From: Carcharhinus amblyrhynchos
Lineage: Eukaryota
Assembly: GCA_965287045.1 (NCBI GenBank)
Contig: OZ336870.1
Span: 158,286,001 to 158,350,000, forward strand
Length of the DNA stretch: 64,000 nucleotides
Direction of reading: 5' to 3'
The notes beneath the pieces were generated by a model. It ran no database searches. It had not been told where the DNA came from and saw nothing but the letters and a program-made list of their open reading frames with translations. A program made the position numbers and the translations under genes. Positions 36,347-48,784 of this stretch are shown here, in pieces; position 1 is the first letter of the stretch; every line of letters begins with the position of its first letter.

Positions 36347-36361
36347 TATATTAGCAGCACA

Positions 36362-36810
36362 GAGGTGCACGGGCTAACATTGCTGCCTCACAGCACCAGG
36401 GACCCAGATTCGATTCTGGCCTTTGATGACTGTGCGCAGTTCAATGCACCTAACCAGCACATCTTTTAGGATGTGGGAGGAAACCGGAGCACTCGAAGGA
36501 AACCCACGCAGATACGGGGAGAATGTGCAAACTCCACACAGACAGTAATCCAAGCCGGGTCTCCCCGTGGCTGCGTTGGTTTGCTGTGGGTGCTCTGGTT
36601 CCCTCCCACAGTCCAAAGATGTGCTGGTTAGGTAGGTTGGCCATGCCAAATTGTCCCTTAGTGCCTTGTCCCAGGATGTATAGATTAGGGGGATTAGCTG
36701 GCTAAATACTTGGGGTTACAAGATAAGGACTGGGTAGAATGTTCTGTTAGAGAATTGGTGCAGACTCAGTGGGCCGTATGGCCTGTTTCTGCACTGTAAG
36801 GATTCTGTAA
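36362..36810 (+). mobile_element. V-SINE containing an inverted V-SINE segment (36441-36558, minus)
   Basis: Plus head, then a minus V domain, then a plus V domain and tail. Confidence 0.75.
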
Positions 36811-37019
36811 TTTTGTTAACCTTTTACACTATAGTGAGGACATTGTTATAAAATAAACTACATTTTTGACTTTCTTCAATGTATGGTGTGGTTGGAATCC
36901 AACCTTCAGGCTCACTTGGAGGACTGCAGGTGGAACAGTATCAGTGTCAGCCTGACTTGCCAGGAGATAGTTCATGTAACAGAAGAGGTTAATAACTAGG
37001 AAGGAATGTAGGAGAATCA

Positions 37020-37385
37020 CTCAGCTGCTTGAGCCTGCCCCACTGTATTCCATCATAGCTGACCTCTATTATAACCCACATTTTCCTGTCTTTGCTCTGT
37101 AATGCATAGTACCCTGGTTATTAGAAAAATCAACCAGTCTTAGTTTAGAAATTTGAATTGAACTAACATCAGCAGCATTTTGCTGCTGAGAGTTTCAGAT
37201 CTCCACTACCCTTTGTGTGAGGACATGCTTCCTGATGTGATCCTTCAACTGTTTAGGTCTAACTTCATTATACATCCCTGTCATAGCACGCCTCACCACC
37301 TCTCTGTCTAGTATATGAAATTGTTTAATAGCTTCAAACAGCTTGGTGAGATTATCCCTCAATTTTCCATGCTTAAGAGAATACC
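37020..37385 (-). mobile_element. Old CR1 3' fragment
   Basis: CACTCAGCTGCTTGAGCCTG…GAGAGTTTCAGATCTCCACTACCCTTTGTGTGA. Confidence 0.55.
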
Positions 37386-37389
37386 AGCC

Positions 37390-37670
37390 TGGAGCAGTGT
37401 GGTGGCACAGTGATTAGCACTGGTGCCTCACAGCGCCAGGGATCTGGATACGATTCTCGGCTTGGATCACTGTCTGTGTGGAGTTTGCACGTTCTTCCCG
37501 TGTCTGCATGGGTTTCCTTCGGGTGCTCCGGTTTCCTCCCACATCCTGAAAGACGTGCAGGTTAGATGCATTGAACTGAACAGGGTTAGGACTGTGGCGA
37601 CCAGGCGAATTTCACAGTAGCTTCATTGCAGTATTAACGTAAGCCTTACTTGTGAGTAATAAATGAATTT
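37390..37670 (+). mobile_element. V-SINE with tail B
   Basis: Head, V domain and shortened tail B. Confidence 0.85.
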
Positions 37671-37797
37671 TAGTCTGTGCAAACTGACATATCCATGCCA
37701 CAATCCCTCCAAGACTACTATATGCTTGCTGAGGACTCAGGACAAAACGCAGTGCTCCAGATGGAGTCCAACCAGAGGTTAGAAAACATTGCCATCA

Positions 37798-37942
37798 GAT
37801 TAGGTTGTTTTGCCATGTTAAACTGTCCCTTTGTGTCAGGGGGCCTAGATACATGAGGTTATGTGGATAGGTTGGGATTGTTGTTGGCGTAGGTTCATTG
37901 GGCTGAAATGGCTTCCTTCTGCACTGTATGGATTCTATGATT
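37798..37942 (+). mobile_element. HE1/V-SINE 3' half
   Basis: TTTGCCATGTTAAACTGTCCC…CCTTCTGCACTGTATGGATTCTATGA. Confidence 0.7.
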
Positions 37943-38527
37943 GATAATCCTGTGTATTTCAACCACTGTGAGACAAACGCCACCATTCCATGACTTTTAA
38001 ATGATTTTTGTACCTCTCCACGAGCTTTTAGCGATTTCAATGCTTGAAGCCTTAACTGTCTCTGTTTCTCCTCAGCCCCTAGCTTCACACTATTTAGAAA
38101 AGCTCCTTTCAATTGTGTCTAGATCTCCCTCGCTATGTAAGTTTTCAAGTTTAAGTTTCAAGTTTACTTATTTGTTGAACCCAGCTCCCTGGCTCTGTGA
38201 GGCAGCAGTGTTAACCACTGTGCCACCGTGATGTCCACATGAGATAAAGTGTCCTGGAAAGCAAACTAATTTCTGTAAAACCCAACTAATGATCATTAGG
38301 AAAGGGAATCTGTTGTTGGGATCTGATCTGGTGCATGCGTCCCCTACTGGGTGGTTGACACATTTTGTGCTGTTCAGGGCAACCAATGAAAGGAAATAAA
38401 TGTTGACATGCAAATCCCAATGCCATATTTTAAAAAAAAAACAAATATGAAGATGTTATAAATTTGCAAGCTCATGGATTTTAAGGGGATAGGTAGGCAA
38501 GATGCCCACAAAGTGAGCAATGAACCC

Positions 38528-39057
38528 AGCACGGTGGCAAGCATTGTTACCTCACAGCGCCAGGGACCCGGCCCTGGGTTCGATTCCAGCCTTGGGTAAG
38601 TGTGTGGAGTCTGTTTCCTTCAGGTGCTCTGCTTTCCTCCCATTGTACAAAAATGTGAGAGTTAGACCATAAGACATAGGAGCAGAATTAGGCCACTCAG
38701 CCCGTCGAGTCTGCTCTGCCATTCAATCATAGCTGATACTCTTCTCATCCCCATTCTCCTGTCTTTTCCCCATAACCCCGATCCCCTTATTAATCAAGAA
38801 CGTACCTATCTCTGTCCTAAAGACACCCAATGACCCGGCCTTCACAATCTTCTGCAGCAAAGAGTTCGACAGATTCACCACTCTCTGACTGAAGAAATTC
38901 CTCCTCATCAGGATGATTGGCCGTGCTAAATTGTCCCTTAGTGTCAGGGGAACTAGCAGGGTAAATACATGGGATTATGGGGATAGGGCCTGGGTGGGAT
39001 ATTTGTCAGTGTAGGCTCGATAGGCCAAACAGCCTCCTTCTGCACTGTAGGGATTCT
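38528..39057 (+). mobile_element. HE1/V-SINE interrupted by a minus-strand CR1 3' fragment (38665-38908)
   Basis: SINE breaks at GTTAG; the CR1 piece encodes MRRNFFSQRVVNL…; the SINE resumes GATTGGCCGTGCTAAATTG. Confidence 0.85.
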
Positions 39058-39219
39058 TTTAAAACAAATCATCAAGTTTATTTCATTGGCTTGCTCGACA
39101 TGGCAGGATAAGATTTAGACTCATCCTCTGGGGTACAGTGGGTGATGCAGTATGTGTTATATTTTAATAAATCCAGCATTCCTTCTCCAGCCTGTCTTTT
39201 GATAACATATCTCTAAGAG

Positions 39220-39543
39220 GGTTGGCACGGTGGCAGAATGGTTAACACTGCTGCCTCACAGCACCAGGGACCTGGGTTTGATTCCTGGCTTGGAACACTG
39301 TTGGTGCAGAATCTGCACATTCGTCCAGTGTCTGTGTGGGTTTCCCCCAGGTGCTCAGGTTTCTTCCCACAGTCCGAAATTCGTGAAGTTACTGTGAAAT
39401 TCCCCTAGCGTCTGTTCGACCAGACTAAATTCTCCTCAGTGTACCTGAACAGATGCGGGAGTGTGGCGACCACAGGATTTTCACAATAACTTCATTGCAG
39501 TGTTAATGTAAGCCTACTTGTGACACTAATAAATAAACTTTAA
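39220..39543 (+). mobile_element. V-SINE with tail B
   Basis: Head, V domain, a short inverted tail piece (about 39383-39420), then tail B. Confidence 0.85.
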
Positions 39544-39879
39544 ACAAGGTCATTGTGTTGATGTAAAATGCGGTAAAGACGGCAAATTTCACATCTGAGG
39601 CAGCACAGCAATAAATATTGGAGGAGTGTAACACCAAGACGGTGCAGGAACCACAACCTTCGTACCTTCTCCGGAAGTAACTGGGGGGAAAAAAGAGATT
39701 GAATTTCTGTGGAAGTCCTCGCACACGGTCACCATCAATTAATTACATATCAGCTTTGAAAAAACTCTTATGTGGAGCATGAATCCAATCTGTTCTACTT
39801 TAATCTGTTAAAGAACAAGACAACGAGGCTCCTTGGTCAGAATTACTCAAAATGACCAAAGAACCATGGAAATTCAAAG

Positions 39880-40090
39880 GAAATTGATGTCAGAAGTAGG
39901 TTCTTTACTCAGAGTAGTAAGGGCGTGGAATGCCCTACCTTCAACAGTAGTGGACTCGCCAACATTAAGGGCATTCAAATGGTCATTGGAATAGTATGGG
40001 TTAGACGGGCTTTAGATTGGTTCCACATGTTGGTGCAACATCGAGGGCGAAAGGGCCTGTACTGCGCTGTGATGTTCTATGTTCTAATGT
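39880..40090 (+). mobile_element. CR1 3' fragment (different tail subfamily)
   Basis: GATGTCAGAAGTAGGTTCTTTACTCAGAGTAGTAAGGGCGTGGAATGCCCT…GGGCCTGTACTGCGCTGTGATGTTCTATGTTCTA. Confidence 0.8.
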
Positions 40091-40091
40091 T

Positions 40092-40358
40092 AATGCAGAA
40101 AGAAGCCATTTCGTCTATTGAGTGTGCACCAACAACAATCCCACCCAGGTCCTATCCCCGTAACCCCAGATATTTACCCTCTTAATCCCCCTGACACTAA
40201 AGAGCAATTTAGCATGGCCAATCAACCTAAACCACACATCTTTGGACTGTGGGAGGAAACTGGAGCACCCAGAGGAAACCCACGCAGACACGGGGAGAAT
40301 GTGCAAACAGATAGTGATCCAAGCCCGGAATTGACCCTGTGCTAACCATTGTGCCACT
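40092..40358 (-). mobile_element. HE1/V-SINE
   Basis: Reverse copy. Confidence 0.85.
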
Positions 40359-40414
40359 GTCCTGCCCGCAACTGGGGCTAGTGTGAGCCGGACAATCCTG
40401 TCCCATGTGTCTGT

Positions 40415-40641
40415 GATTTTCTGGAAACTGGCAGTTGTCAGCATTGAGTACTGAGGCAGTCGCAGCAATGCCATCGTTGTGGGGGATGTTGGTGTAGAGC
40501 GCCGAGACATCCATTGTGACGAGGAGTGTCCCTGGTTCAACTGCTCCATGTGTGCTGAGTTTCAGTAGGAAGTCCGTAGTGTCGCGACAAAAGCTGGGGG
40601 TTCTTTGTACAATGGGTTTCAGGATGCCCTCGACGTAGCCA
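40415..40641 (-). mobile_element. Penelope-like reverse transcriptase fragment
   Basis: Uninterrupted YVEGILKPIVQRTPSFCRDTTDFLLKLSTHGAVEPGTLLVTMDVSALYTNIPHNDGIAA, with the PLE RT motif LVTMDVxSLYTNIP; CpGs retained. Confidence 0.88.
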
Positions 40642-40707
40642 CCACACACACGCCAGTGCTTCCCATTAGTCGTGCGAATTTCTGCTTTCCCTCACAGCAC
40701 CCTCTCT

Positions 40708-40820
40708 GATAGAGTCATAGAGGTATACAGCATGGAAACAGACCCTTCGTCCCAACTTGTCCATGCTGCCCTTTTTTGTTAAAACCCCTAAACTAATCCC
40801 AATTGCCCGCATTTGGCCGA
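40708..40820 (-). mobile_element. CR1 3' tail
   Basis: Matches 19184-19295. Confidence 0.8.
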
Positions 40821-42992
40821 AAAGAGATACTACAGCCACATCCCCATATAGCTTCCTCAGTACTTCAACAGGATGAATAGTGTCGAGCCTCCATTTTCTC
40901 ATGGCATCTGACCCATACATTCTGCAAATGCCCCACCACCGCACCCCCCCCTCCCATCCCTCAGTCAAAGAGCAAAAGTCCCAACCTTGTATCGCACCAA
41001 AGTGTATCACAGCGAATGTGTGACAATAAGGTCTGTATCCTGGTGGGCACCTCAAACATAGTGCCAATCATGATATGAAGCAGAGTGAGTGATGTCTACT
41101 ATCACCACCATGCCTTGCTTCGGAGTTCTCCGCAGTGTGAGCTGTGCATTGCTAAGGCTCGATGTGAAAGATGACTCTACATTCTCGGGACTTGGTGTTC
41201 CAAAGTGTTAACCTTTGTCCCCAGACTGTGCAATGAGATCCAACTCTGGCTATTAAACTGGCATGCTGGACTCTTCAAGGAATTGTCAGGTAGTCATTAA
41301 TGACAACAAGCATTCATCTTGACAAGACAGAGCCGAATCTTGAGAGGTCTGTAATTAACTTTTCAATCCATTCCCCAGAAGACAACCTCATTCTTCCAGG
41401 TCTTTCATGCTGTTCAGTTAAATAGCCTTGCATGAGAACAACAAACACCCTTCCACTGCTCTACCTGACATTCAAAACTCATAGAGAAGTGGATTTAAAC
41501 TTCCTGTCCAGTAATCCCCTCTGGCCTCATACTATTGACAGAGTGAGGGTTTTAGGTTTCACTGCATTCACCCTCCCTCAAGTGACAGGGTCTTTATATG
41601 TCATGAGACAGGGTAGCTCCCCATCACTAATACCCCCGCACTGTCCTTGCAGTCTGGCTTCTCACAAAACAGGATCCCAGAACCTCACAGTCGCCCCCAA
41701 TAATGCCCTCCCGTAGTTGCCACCTCCCATTTAATTTGCAGCTCCCAACAAGGAAGGGCACCCACTCAGCTAATGTTTGGAACACTAACCCAGCATAGTG
41801 GGACTGGCAAGGGATGCTTGCTAGGCCGCCAGCACATGCACTGGGAGCAAGGGGTGACCCAACATGAAGAGAAAGTAAGGTCTATAGGCGCCCCACTCAC
41901 ACCCCTTCACCGCATCCCTCCCATGGCAAAAGTGACCCTCACTTGCCCCCGAGCTGCACTTGTGTGCATCCCCAGCATTCTCCCCGATGCCCCTTGAATG
42001 TTGCACTGTCCGAGAAGTCATGGCTGCCTCAGCGATCACCTCCAATATCGCCCTCACAGGTGAAGTTGCCAGGTTCATGCTTATATGGACCTGTTGTAAA
42101 TGGTGCTGGTGTGATGTTACATTGGTGGCAGCTGAATATTTATTGCGGTCCCCAACATCTGGAGTGAGTGCCTCCTGATGATAGGCCGATGCAGTCCAAT
42201 CAGGATCCCACCCCCCTCCCCCTCCATCCGAGGCGTGTTCCACATCACTCTGCCAGTGAGATTAGTTCAACATTCGAGATTCGTGTTTTTTCAAACTCTC
42301 TGCATTTTGCGCCCATGCTGACCTATCCCACGCATGGAACGAGTGGGCTCAGGATTCTGTCCGACTGTTGAGCTGACACAACGACAATTGCTAATTGGAC
42401 TAATGGTTAGTTTTCTCATGTCCAGCTCTCCCTGCTTTGGGGAATGCTTGTTGTATTTTGGAACCAATCGAGACCTTGGTGAGGGAACATCTAAAAATGC
42501 CCAAACAACATCATTAACAAGTTAACATTTGCACTTATTCATGAACAAATGGCTCACTCACTATGCAATTTTCAATAAGAACTTCTCACTGACTAAACTT
42601 TTACAACTAATTTGCAAATTATGTTTGTTTTCCATTTAGCTATCAAAGAAACATTTGGTTGGAGTGTCATTATGCCACCATGAAGAGGAGTATAAGACCA
42701 TCTACCCTTTCACATCGTGATTCAGATGGCTAGAACGTAATATTTGTACCCATGTACATCATCACATATTTGAATTCACAAATCATCCTCCCTACCTGTT
42801 TCCACACTTGTTGCAATGCTCTTTGATATCGACTGCCAACACACTGAGCTGAAGGTGATAGTGATGTACCATCCAACAGACGGATGAAAGGAATCCCTGA
42901 CAGAAGTTCAACATGTTTTTTGGAGGCCATTCTAACTTTATGATCCAAATAATTTCCAACAAGGCTCAGCCAAGTATTACCACCCAAATGTT

Positions 42993-43297
42993 TTAAGTTT
43001 ATGTATTAGTGTCAGAAGTAGGTTACATTAACACGGCAATGAAGTTACTGTGAAAATCCCTTACTCGCCACCCTGAGGCGCCTGTTCGGGTACAGTGAGG
43101 GAGAATTTAGCATGGCCAATGCACCTAACCAGCATGTCTTTTGGACTGTGGAAGGAAACTGGAGCACCTGGAGGAAACCCAAGCAGACATGGGGAGAATG
43201 TGCAAACTCCTCATAGACAATGACCTAAGCCAGGAATCGAACCCGTGTCCCTGGCCCTGTGGGGCAGCAGTGCTAACCAATGTGCCACTGTGCCACC
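42993..43297 (-). mobile_element. V-SINE with tail B
   Basis: Full reverse copy. Confidence 0.9.
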
Positions 43298-43596
43298 AAT
43301 ACTAATCACTATGTCAACAGCTGATACAGTGGCTAAATTTGGGGGACTTGTCGAGGGCAGCAACAGAGGCCTAATAATGCCAGCACTGGTCCGTGTGCCA
43401 GTCTCTTGACCAAGTTTTTGTCATCTCCAATTTTTGCTGAGGGGGGTTTGGGGTCAGCAGAGCTACCTCAGCCCAAATAGGCTGTTTAAGAACCTTGTCA
43501 AATAGACATAAACAAATGCTTCTGGAATAACTGCCTGGTGGCCAACACCCAGTGGCAGGCTGGATGCCCCCTTTGCCTGACTGGGTGTAGTATAAC

Positions 43597-45093
43597 CAGG
43601 GAAGTGGGGTGGGATGGAGTTGAGTCTGAGGCTGCAGCACTGGTAGTCAGGTAGCAAGGTCGACAGGTTAGAACATTCATCCCCATTTACTGGGGCATCA
43701 GCTTATTTATAATGATGACAGTCAGGCTCTCAAACCTTTAACCCTCACTCCCCACCTACCCACATCCATCCACCCTACATGTTCCCTCTGACAACAGTAT
43801 CAACAATAGGTGGCCACATTGTGAATGCTTGGCTGAGCTCCAATAATGGTAAATCCAGTTGCATCATAACAAGCAATGCAAAGTGGAGTGAAATCTTTGT
43901 TAAATTGTTAGCTCTTTGAGGAATTCCCCGTCTCGCTTAGTGATGGCCTGGCTGTTGTATCTGTTTTTTATGAACAGGTTTAAAGTCTCCCTGTCAGCGC
44001 CCCCTCTGAGCTATTTAATTCATTGTAGGCTGCTCCTCTCCAGCTGAAAGGCTCCTGATTGGCCTTCCTGCTTTGAGAGCTAACCTACCACCTATTATTG
44101 GACAGGAAACCTGTCTCCAAGCCAAGTAAAGGAGCATGCCCATGAAAATCCCAAAGAGTGATCCGGGGTGGGTTTGGGACCCAGAAACAGTCCTGACTAT
44201 TGCTTCCATTTTTGTTCTAAAAAGCCCTGTAGGTGTTCATACTCTAACATCTCACAAGCCAATGCACTTAGCAAGGACAGAAAAAAATCCGAAACATTTG
44301 TGAGAGTTCTGGTGGAAGGTTGATGAAGCTCCCATGGAAATGGTGCAAACGGCTGTTTTTAATCATTCATGTATTTTTGATTGGATGACCGCAAGTAACC
44401 TGCCAGAGTTACGGTGGGAGAACAGGAATCACACAGGCTGTTCCCGACAGCCCACCCTCCACTTCGACCTCCATACCAACAGAATTTCAGGGCTAAAACC
44501 TCTTAAGCGACCTCTGTGCATAACAATCTGTACTTAAATTGGCCATCTGAATTAGCACGTTTCCCTAAAGGCAAACCTTAAAAAGATAGATTTAATCAAG
44601 CACAGTAAATATTAACAGTTGGCATAATAGATGTGATTCAATGTTTAAGTGGGGTGCACCTAATTATGGGCCAAATATTCAGGAAGGAGACAGGTACCGG
44701 GAGTTAGGAAACTTCTCCACCTTGCAAACCTGCCTCTATTGAGGAGGCCTCCCATCCAACATATTTTCATTTCAGGGAAGCAGGGTGGTTTGGACTTGAG
44801 TCTGAGGCTGCAGCAGAGGTTGCAATGTTGACAGGTTGGAACACTCATCCCCATTAACTGGGGCATCAATTTATTTGTAATAATGTCAATCTTTCTCTCA
44901 AACATTCACCCCTCACTCCTCACTCCTGCCCACCAACCGTTGCCACATCCATCCATCCTATATGCTCCCTCTGACAACAGTATCAACAAAAGTGGGCTGA
45001 ACACTTCTTGAATACTTGGCTGAGCTCCAAGAATGGTTAATCCACTTGCACCTTAGCAAGCAATGCAAAGTGGAGTGAGATCTTTGTTCAATT
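43597..45093 (+). repeat. Diverged ~310-bp direct repeat pair (43597-43906 and 44773-45093)
   Basis: Shared blocks TTGAGTCTGAGGCTGCAGCA, CCCTCTGACAACAGTATCAACAA and GCAATGCAAAGTGGAGTGA. Confidence 0.85.
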
Positions 45094-46402
45094 AACACAT
45101 TATTAATTTGTAAATAAACTGCTGATTCTTTCAGGAGTTTTTCTTTTCACTGTTGTCGTGTTTATTTACAGTGGTTTGAAGTGCAGAACAGAATCTGACA
45201 TTGGCACTATGGATGACTGTGTTTGATTGGCAACTTTATGAAAAGGTAAGAGGGTCAATGTATTTCAAAGGGAATGTTGAATGGTTGGTTCATGATTGCA
45301 GACTCGGGTTCTTGGAGATTCTTAATTGCCCAGAGAAAACTTACACCAGATCTAATTACAGAAGGGACTTGATTCCACGAATATTGCAAAGGGGCAGTTG
45401 ATCTACCCACCTCCGCATTGGCACCAGAAACAGCGGGTGTGCGACTTGGCTATCTGCACTGGCAAAAATTTCCAGAAATGGGAATTGGTGGGTGGGGGGG
45501 GGGCATGAATTCCAGAATCAGAAACCCTCCATTTTTAAAGAGTCCCAAGTTACCTTGAATTGGCGACAATGGAAACCGTAACTTTTTTCATTTACAAGCA
45601 GAAAAATAAGCACGATCATACCTCTAGCGCAATGACATTGCTTTATATACAAAGTTAACTCTGGCTCTGTTTCGGCAAAAACTGGTTGGCCTGTGTATCT
45701 ACATATACCTTCAGAAAAAAAAATGTATCCTGCTTGAATAAATACAAGCCTCTAGCTCATTTTTAAATAATGTATTGAGTCTTTCTAATCGAGTAAATAA
45801 CCTGGCCCTGAAATGCGGCAGGGGAGGAAGACAGAGAGGGGAGAATTCCTTTGGGTATCTTGCCGTGACGTGGGTGGATGATCAGCAGAATTCTCCCACT
45901 CGCGGAGCAGTAGCTTCAACAACTGCATGCACTCAATCTCTGCCAGTCTCCTTCCTGATGAAAGAGCAGAAGAACTCCCCACGGCCGCAGGATTACAGGG
46001 GCACAGAAATGTCCGTGAGTTTTTTTTTGTTTTCCAAAGTTTTAGGAAGAAATTAGGATTCTAGTGGTCACGTCCACCGAAATGGCCAAGCATTTCCTTG
46101 ACATTTGCAGTCTCACAGCGTATACATAACAATCAGCAGCTTGTGCCAGCGGTGGAGCTAATCAGTCAGCATGTTCTTCTGGTGGCACTACCTCCAGAAT
46201 GATCTGGGCTGTTGTCGTCATTGAATCTGCCACGACAAAAAAAAAACTAAAGGTTACAAACGCTTTAGCCACAGACAATTAATCCTAGAAGGAATAAAGA
46301 GAAATAAGAGCACGACTGCTGTAGACCTGAAATTAAAGCAGAACATTTTGAACAATATCTACAAGAGAATAAGTTAAAATTTAGCTCCGAGCTTTCCAAT
46401 AA

Positions 46403-46692
46403 AACCCTACAGCGCAGAAGGAGGCCCATTGAGTCTGCACCGACTGCAATCCCACACAGGCCTTATCCCCGTAACCCGACTTATTTTATCCTATGAACAC
46501 CCAGATACTAAGGGGCAATTTATCATGGCCAATCAACCCAACCCGCACATCTTTGGACTGTGGCAGGAAGCCAAAACATTCGGAGGAAACCCATGCAGAC
46601 ATGGGGAGAACACAGACAGTGACCCAAGCTGGGAATCGAACCCAGGTCCCTGGCGCTGTGAAGACAGCATTGTTAACCACTGAGCTCCGTGC
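46403..46692 (-). mobile_element. HE1/V-SINE
   Basis: Reverse copy. Confidence 0.85.
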
Positions 46693-46854
46693 CTTTCATA
46701 GGCAGAATTTCATCCCAACTATTATATTCAATTGAAATGTTGACTAAACTGCAGTACATTTCTAATATTTTCATTGTACTTTCAGCAATTTATTGCCCAG
46801 AGGATATACTAATACGTGGCGGTCTATTAATACAGTGTCACAAGGCTACCATAG

Positions 46855-47130
46855 TATCATCGAATCCCTACAGTGTAGGAGACCATTCGGCCCATTGAGT
46901 CTTCATTGACTCTGATAGAACATCCCACCAACCTACACAACTTGGGACACTGAGGGGCAATTTAAGATGGCCAATCCACCTAACCTGCACATCTTTGGAG
47001 CGTGGAAGGAAACCGGACCACCTTGAGGAAACACACGCAAACACACATGGGGACAACATGTAAACTCCATACAAGCACCCAAGGCCAGAATTGAATCTGA
47101 GTCCCTAATGCTGTGAAGCAGTAGTGCCAT
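46855..47130 (-). mobile_element. HE1/V-SINE
   Basis: Reverse copy. Confidence 0.82.
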
Positions 47131-47410
47131 ATCCCTTTATTTATAGAAGTATGTTTTTTTCAACTTTCAACTGACCGAAAATTCCGCAATTTGAATTGAG
47201 ACAGGTAAAACCGAATAAAAATGTTATGGCAAATTCCAAGGTGGAAGTGGGAAACAAACAAATCACCCTTAGGGAAGTGTGAAGAGAGAGATGTTTCCTA
47301 TAATCCAGACACCCATCAAAACTCTTCACTGTTTAAGGAAGGGACAAAATGCAAAATAATGGATATTGAAATAATGACTGTCACAGCCAATACCTCTTGG
47401 AAATACACGA

Positions 47411-47547
47411 TGGGTAGGATTTTCCAGCCCCGCTCACCTCGAAACTGGGAAATATTGAGGAAGGTCAATAGATCTTTGCATGGTCTGCCCTCACCCCCAG
47501 TGCCGGCTCCGACTCCTGTGGTAGGCCGGAGGGGAAAATTCCCCCCA
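47411..47547. mobile_element. MITE-like element
   Basis: TIR-like ends GGGTAGGATTTTCC and GGAAAATTCCCCCC. Confidence 0.65.
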
Positions 47548-47756
47548 GTGGGTGAAATATTTGAAGGCAAGCCTGCCCAGCCACTGGAGAGAGATTGTAA
47601 GTTACACAGTGGTGCCAGGAAAGTCTCCAGCAGAGGAAAACAGGTTGAAGGCTGCTCTTACTTGCTCTCTCTTTTGGAATGAAATTGTCATCTGTGTTGA
47701 GAAGCCAACTCTACCAAAAACTTAGTGATAAACCAAGGCTTGTAATGATTGTAACA

Positions 47757-48072
47757 TAGAATCCCACGTGCAGAAGAAGGCCATTTGGCCCATCAAGTCT
47801 GCTCCAATCACAATCCCACATACAGCCTATCCCCATAACCCCATGCATTTACCCTAGCTACTCCCCTTGACACTAAGCGGCAACTTAGTGTGGCCAATCC
47901 AGCTAACCTGCACATGTTTGGACTGTGGGAGGAAATTGGATCACCCAGAGGAAACCCATGTAGACATGGGGAAAACATGCAAATTTCACACCGATAGTGA
48001 TCCAAACTGGGAATGGAACCTGGGTCTCTGGTGTTGTGAGGCACCAGTGCTAACCACTGTGCCACCGTGCCA
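47757..48072 (-). mobile_element. HE1/V-SINE
   Basis: Reverse copy. Confidence 0.87.
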
Positions 48073-48224
48073 TTCAAAATCTTGCAACCTTTATTTGATC
48101 TTTTATTTTCAGATTGAATCTTGCAAAAACATCTCTATAATTGCACTTGCAGACACAAGAGAGATTAATATACCTTGCTATTCGCCCCTGTCCAGATAAC
48201 AAATTCATCTCTATTTTAACAACA

Positions 48225-48422
48225 ATGTGCTGTGAATGCTGGAAACACTCAGCAGATCTGGAAGCATGCATGGAGACAGAGTTAATGTTTTAGGTCAAAC
48301 ATAACTCTTCGTCAGAACAGTTCTGGTGAGTCAGTCTCGGCTTGAAACCTGAAATCTGTTTCTCTATCCACAGATTCTGCCTGACCTGCTGAGCATGACC
48401 AACATTTGCTGTCTTTATTTCA
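48225..48422. mobile_element. Decayed palindromic Penelope family-2 element
   Basis: Left arm AATGCTGGAAACACTCAGCAGATCTG…CTCTTCGTCAGAAC; right arm GTTCTGG…GAAAC…CCACAGATTCTGCCTGACCTGCTGAG. Confidence 0.65.
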
Positions 48423-48784
48423 CTGACTATTTTGTAGCCACGGGCAGCTTGCAAACCTTTTATCAATGAATCATGGAATACTGCAATGAAACAAAGTAAC
48501 TTTGGCAGTTAAGTGACAAACAACTCGCTTAGAATTCCTACCACTAATGTTGTGATTAACAGTTAATCCAGTGGCACTTGGGGTAACTTCATTACCTCTG
48601 AGCCAGGAGCTCTGGGTTCAATTCCCTTCTCAGGACTTGATACCTGTGGAAGGCGTAGTCATAATGTGGCCAAAGAGGTCTGAGCGATATGTTCAATCTG
48701 ATATGTCTATGGCAGTTCAGTGAGAGTGTGTTAACCAGAACTGTGTGGTAGCTCATGTGTCACATCCCACGCTAAAAGATTCCA

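Noticed and set aside
40227-40649. 140-aa ORF as a gene
   Set aside because: A chance fusion of a Penelope RT fragment with MITE and SINE sequence.
40860-42500. Possible decayed Harbinger-type transposon
   Set aside because: Only a vague resemblance; no transposase or Myb motif could be read reliably.
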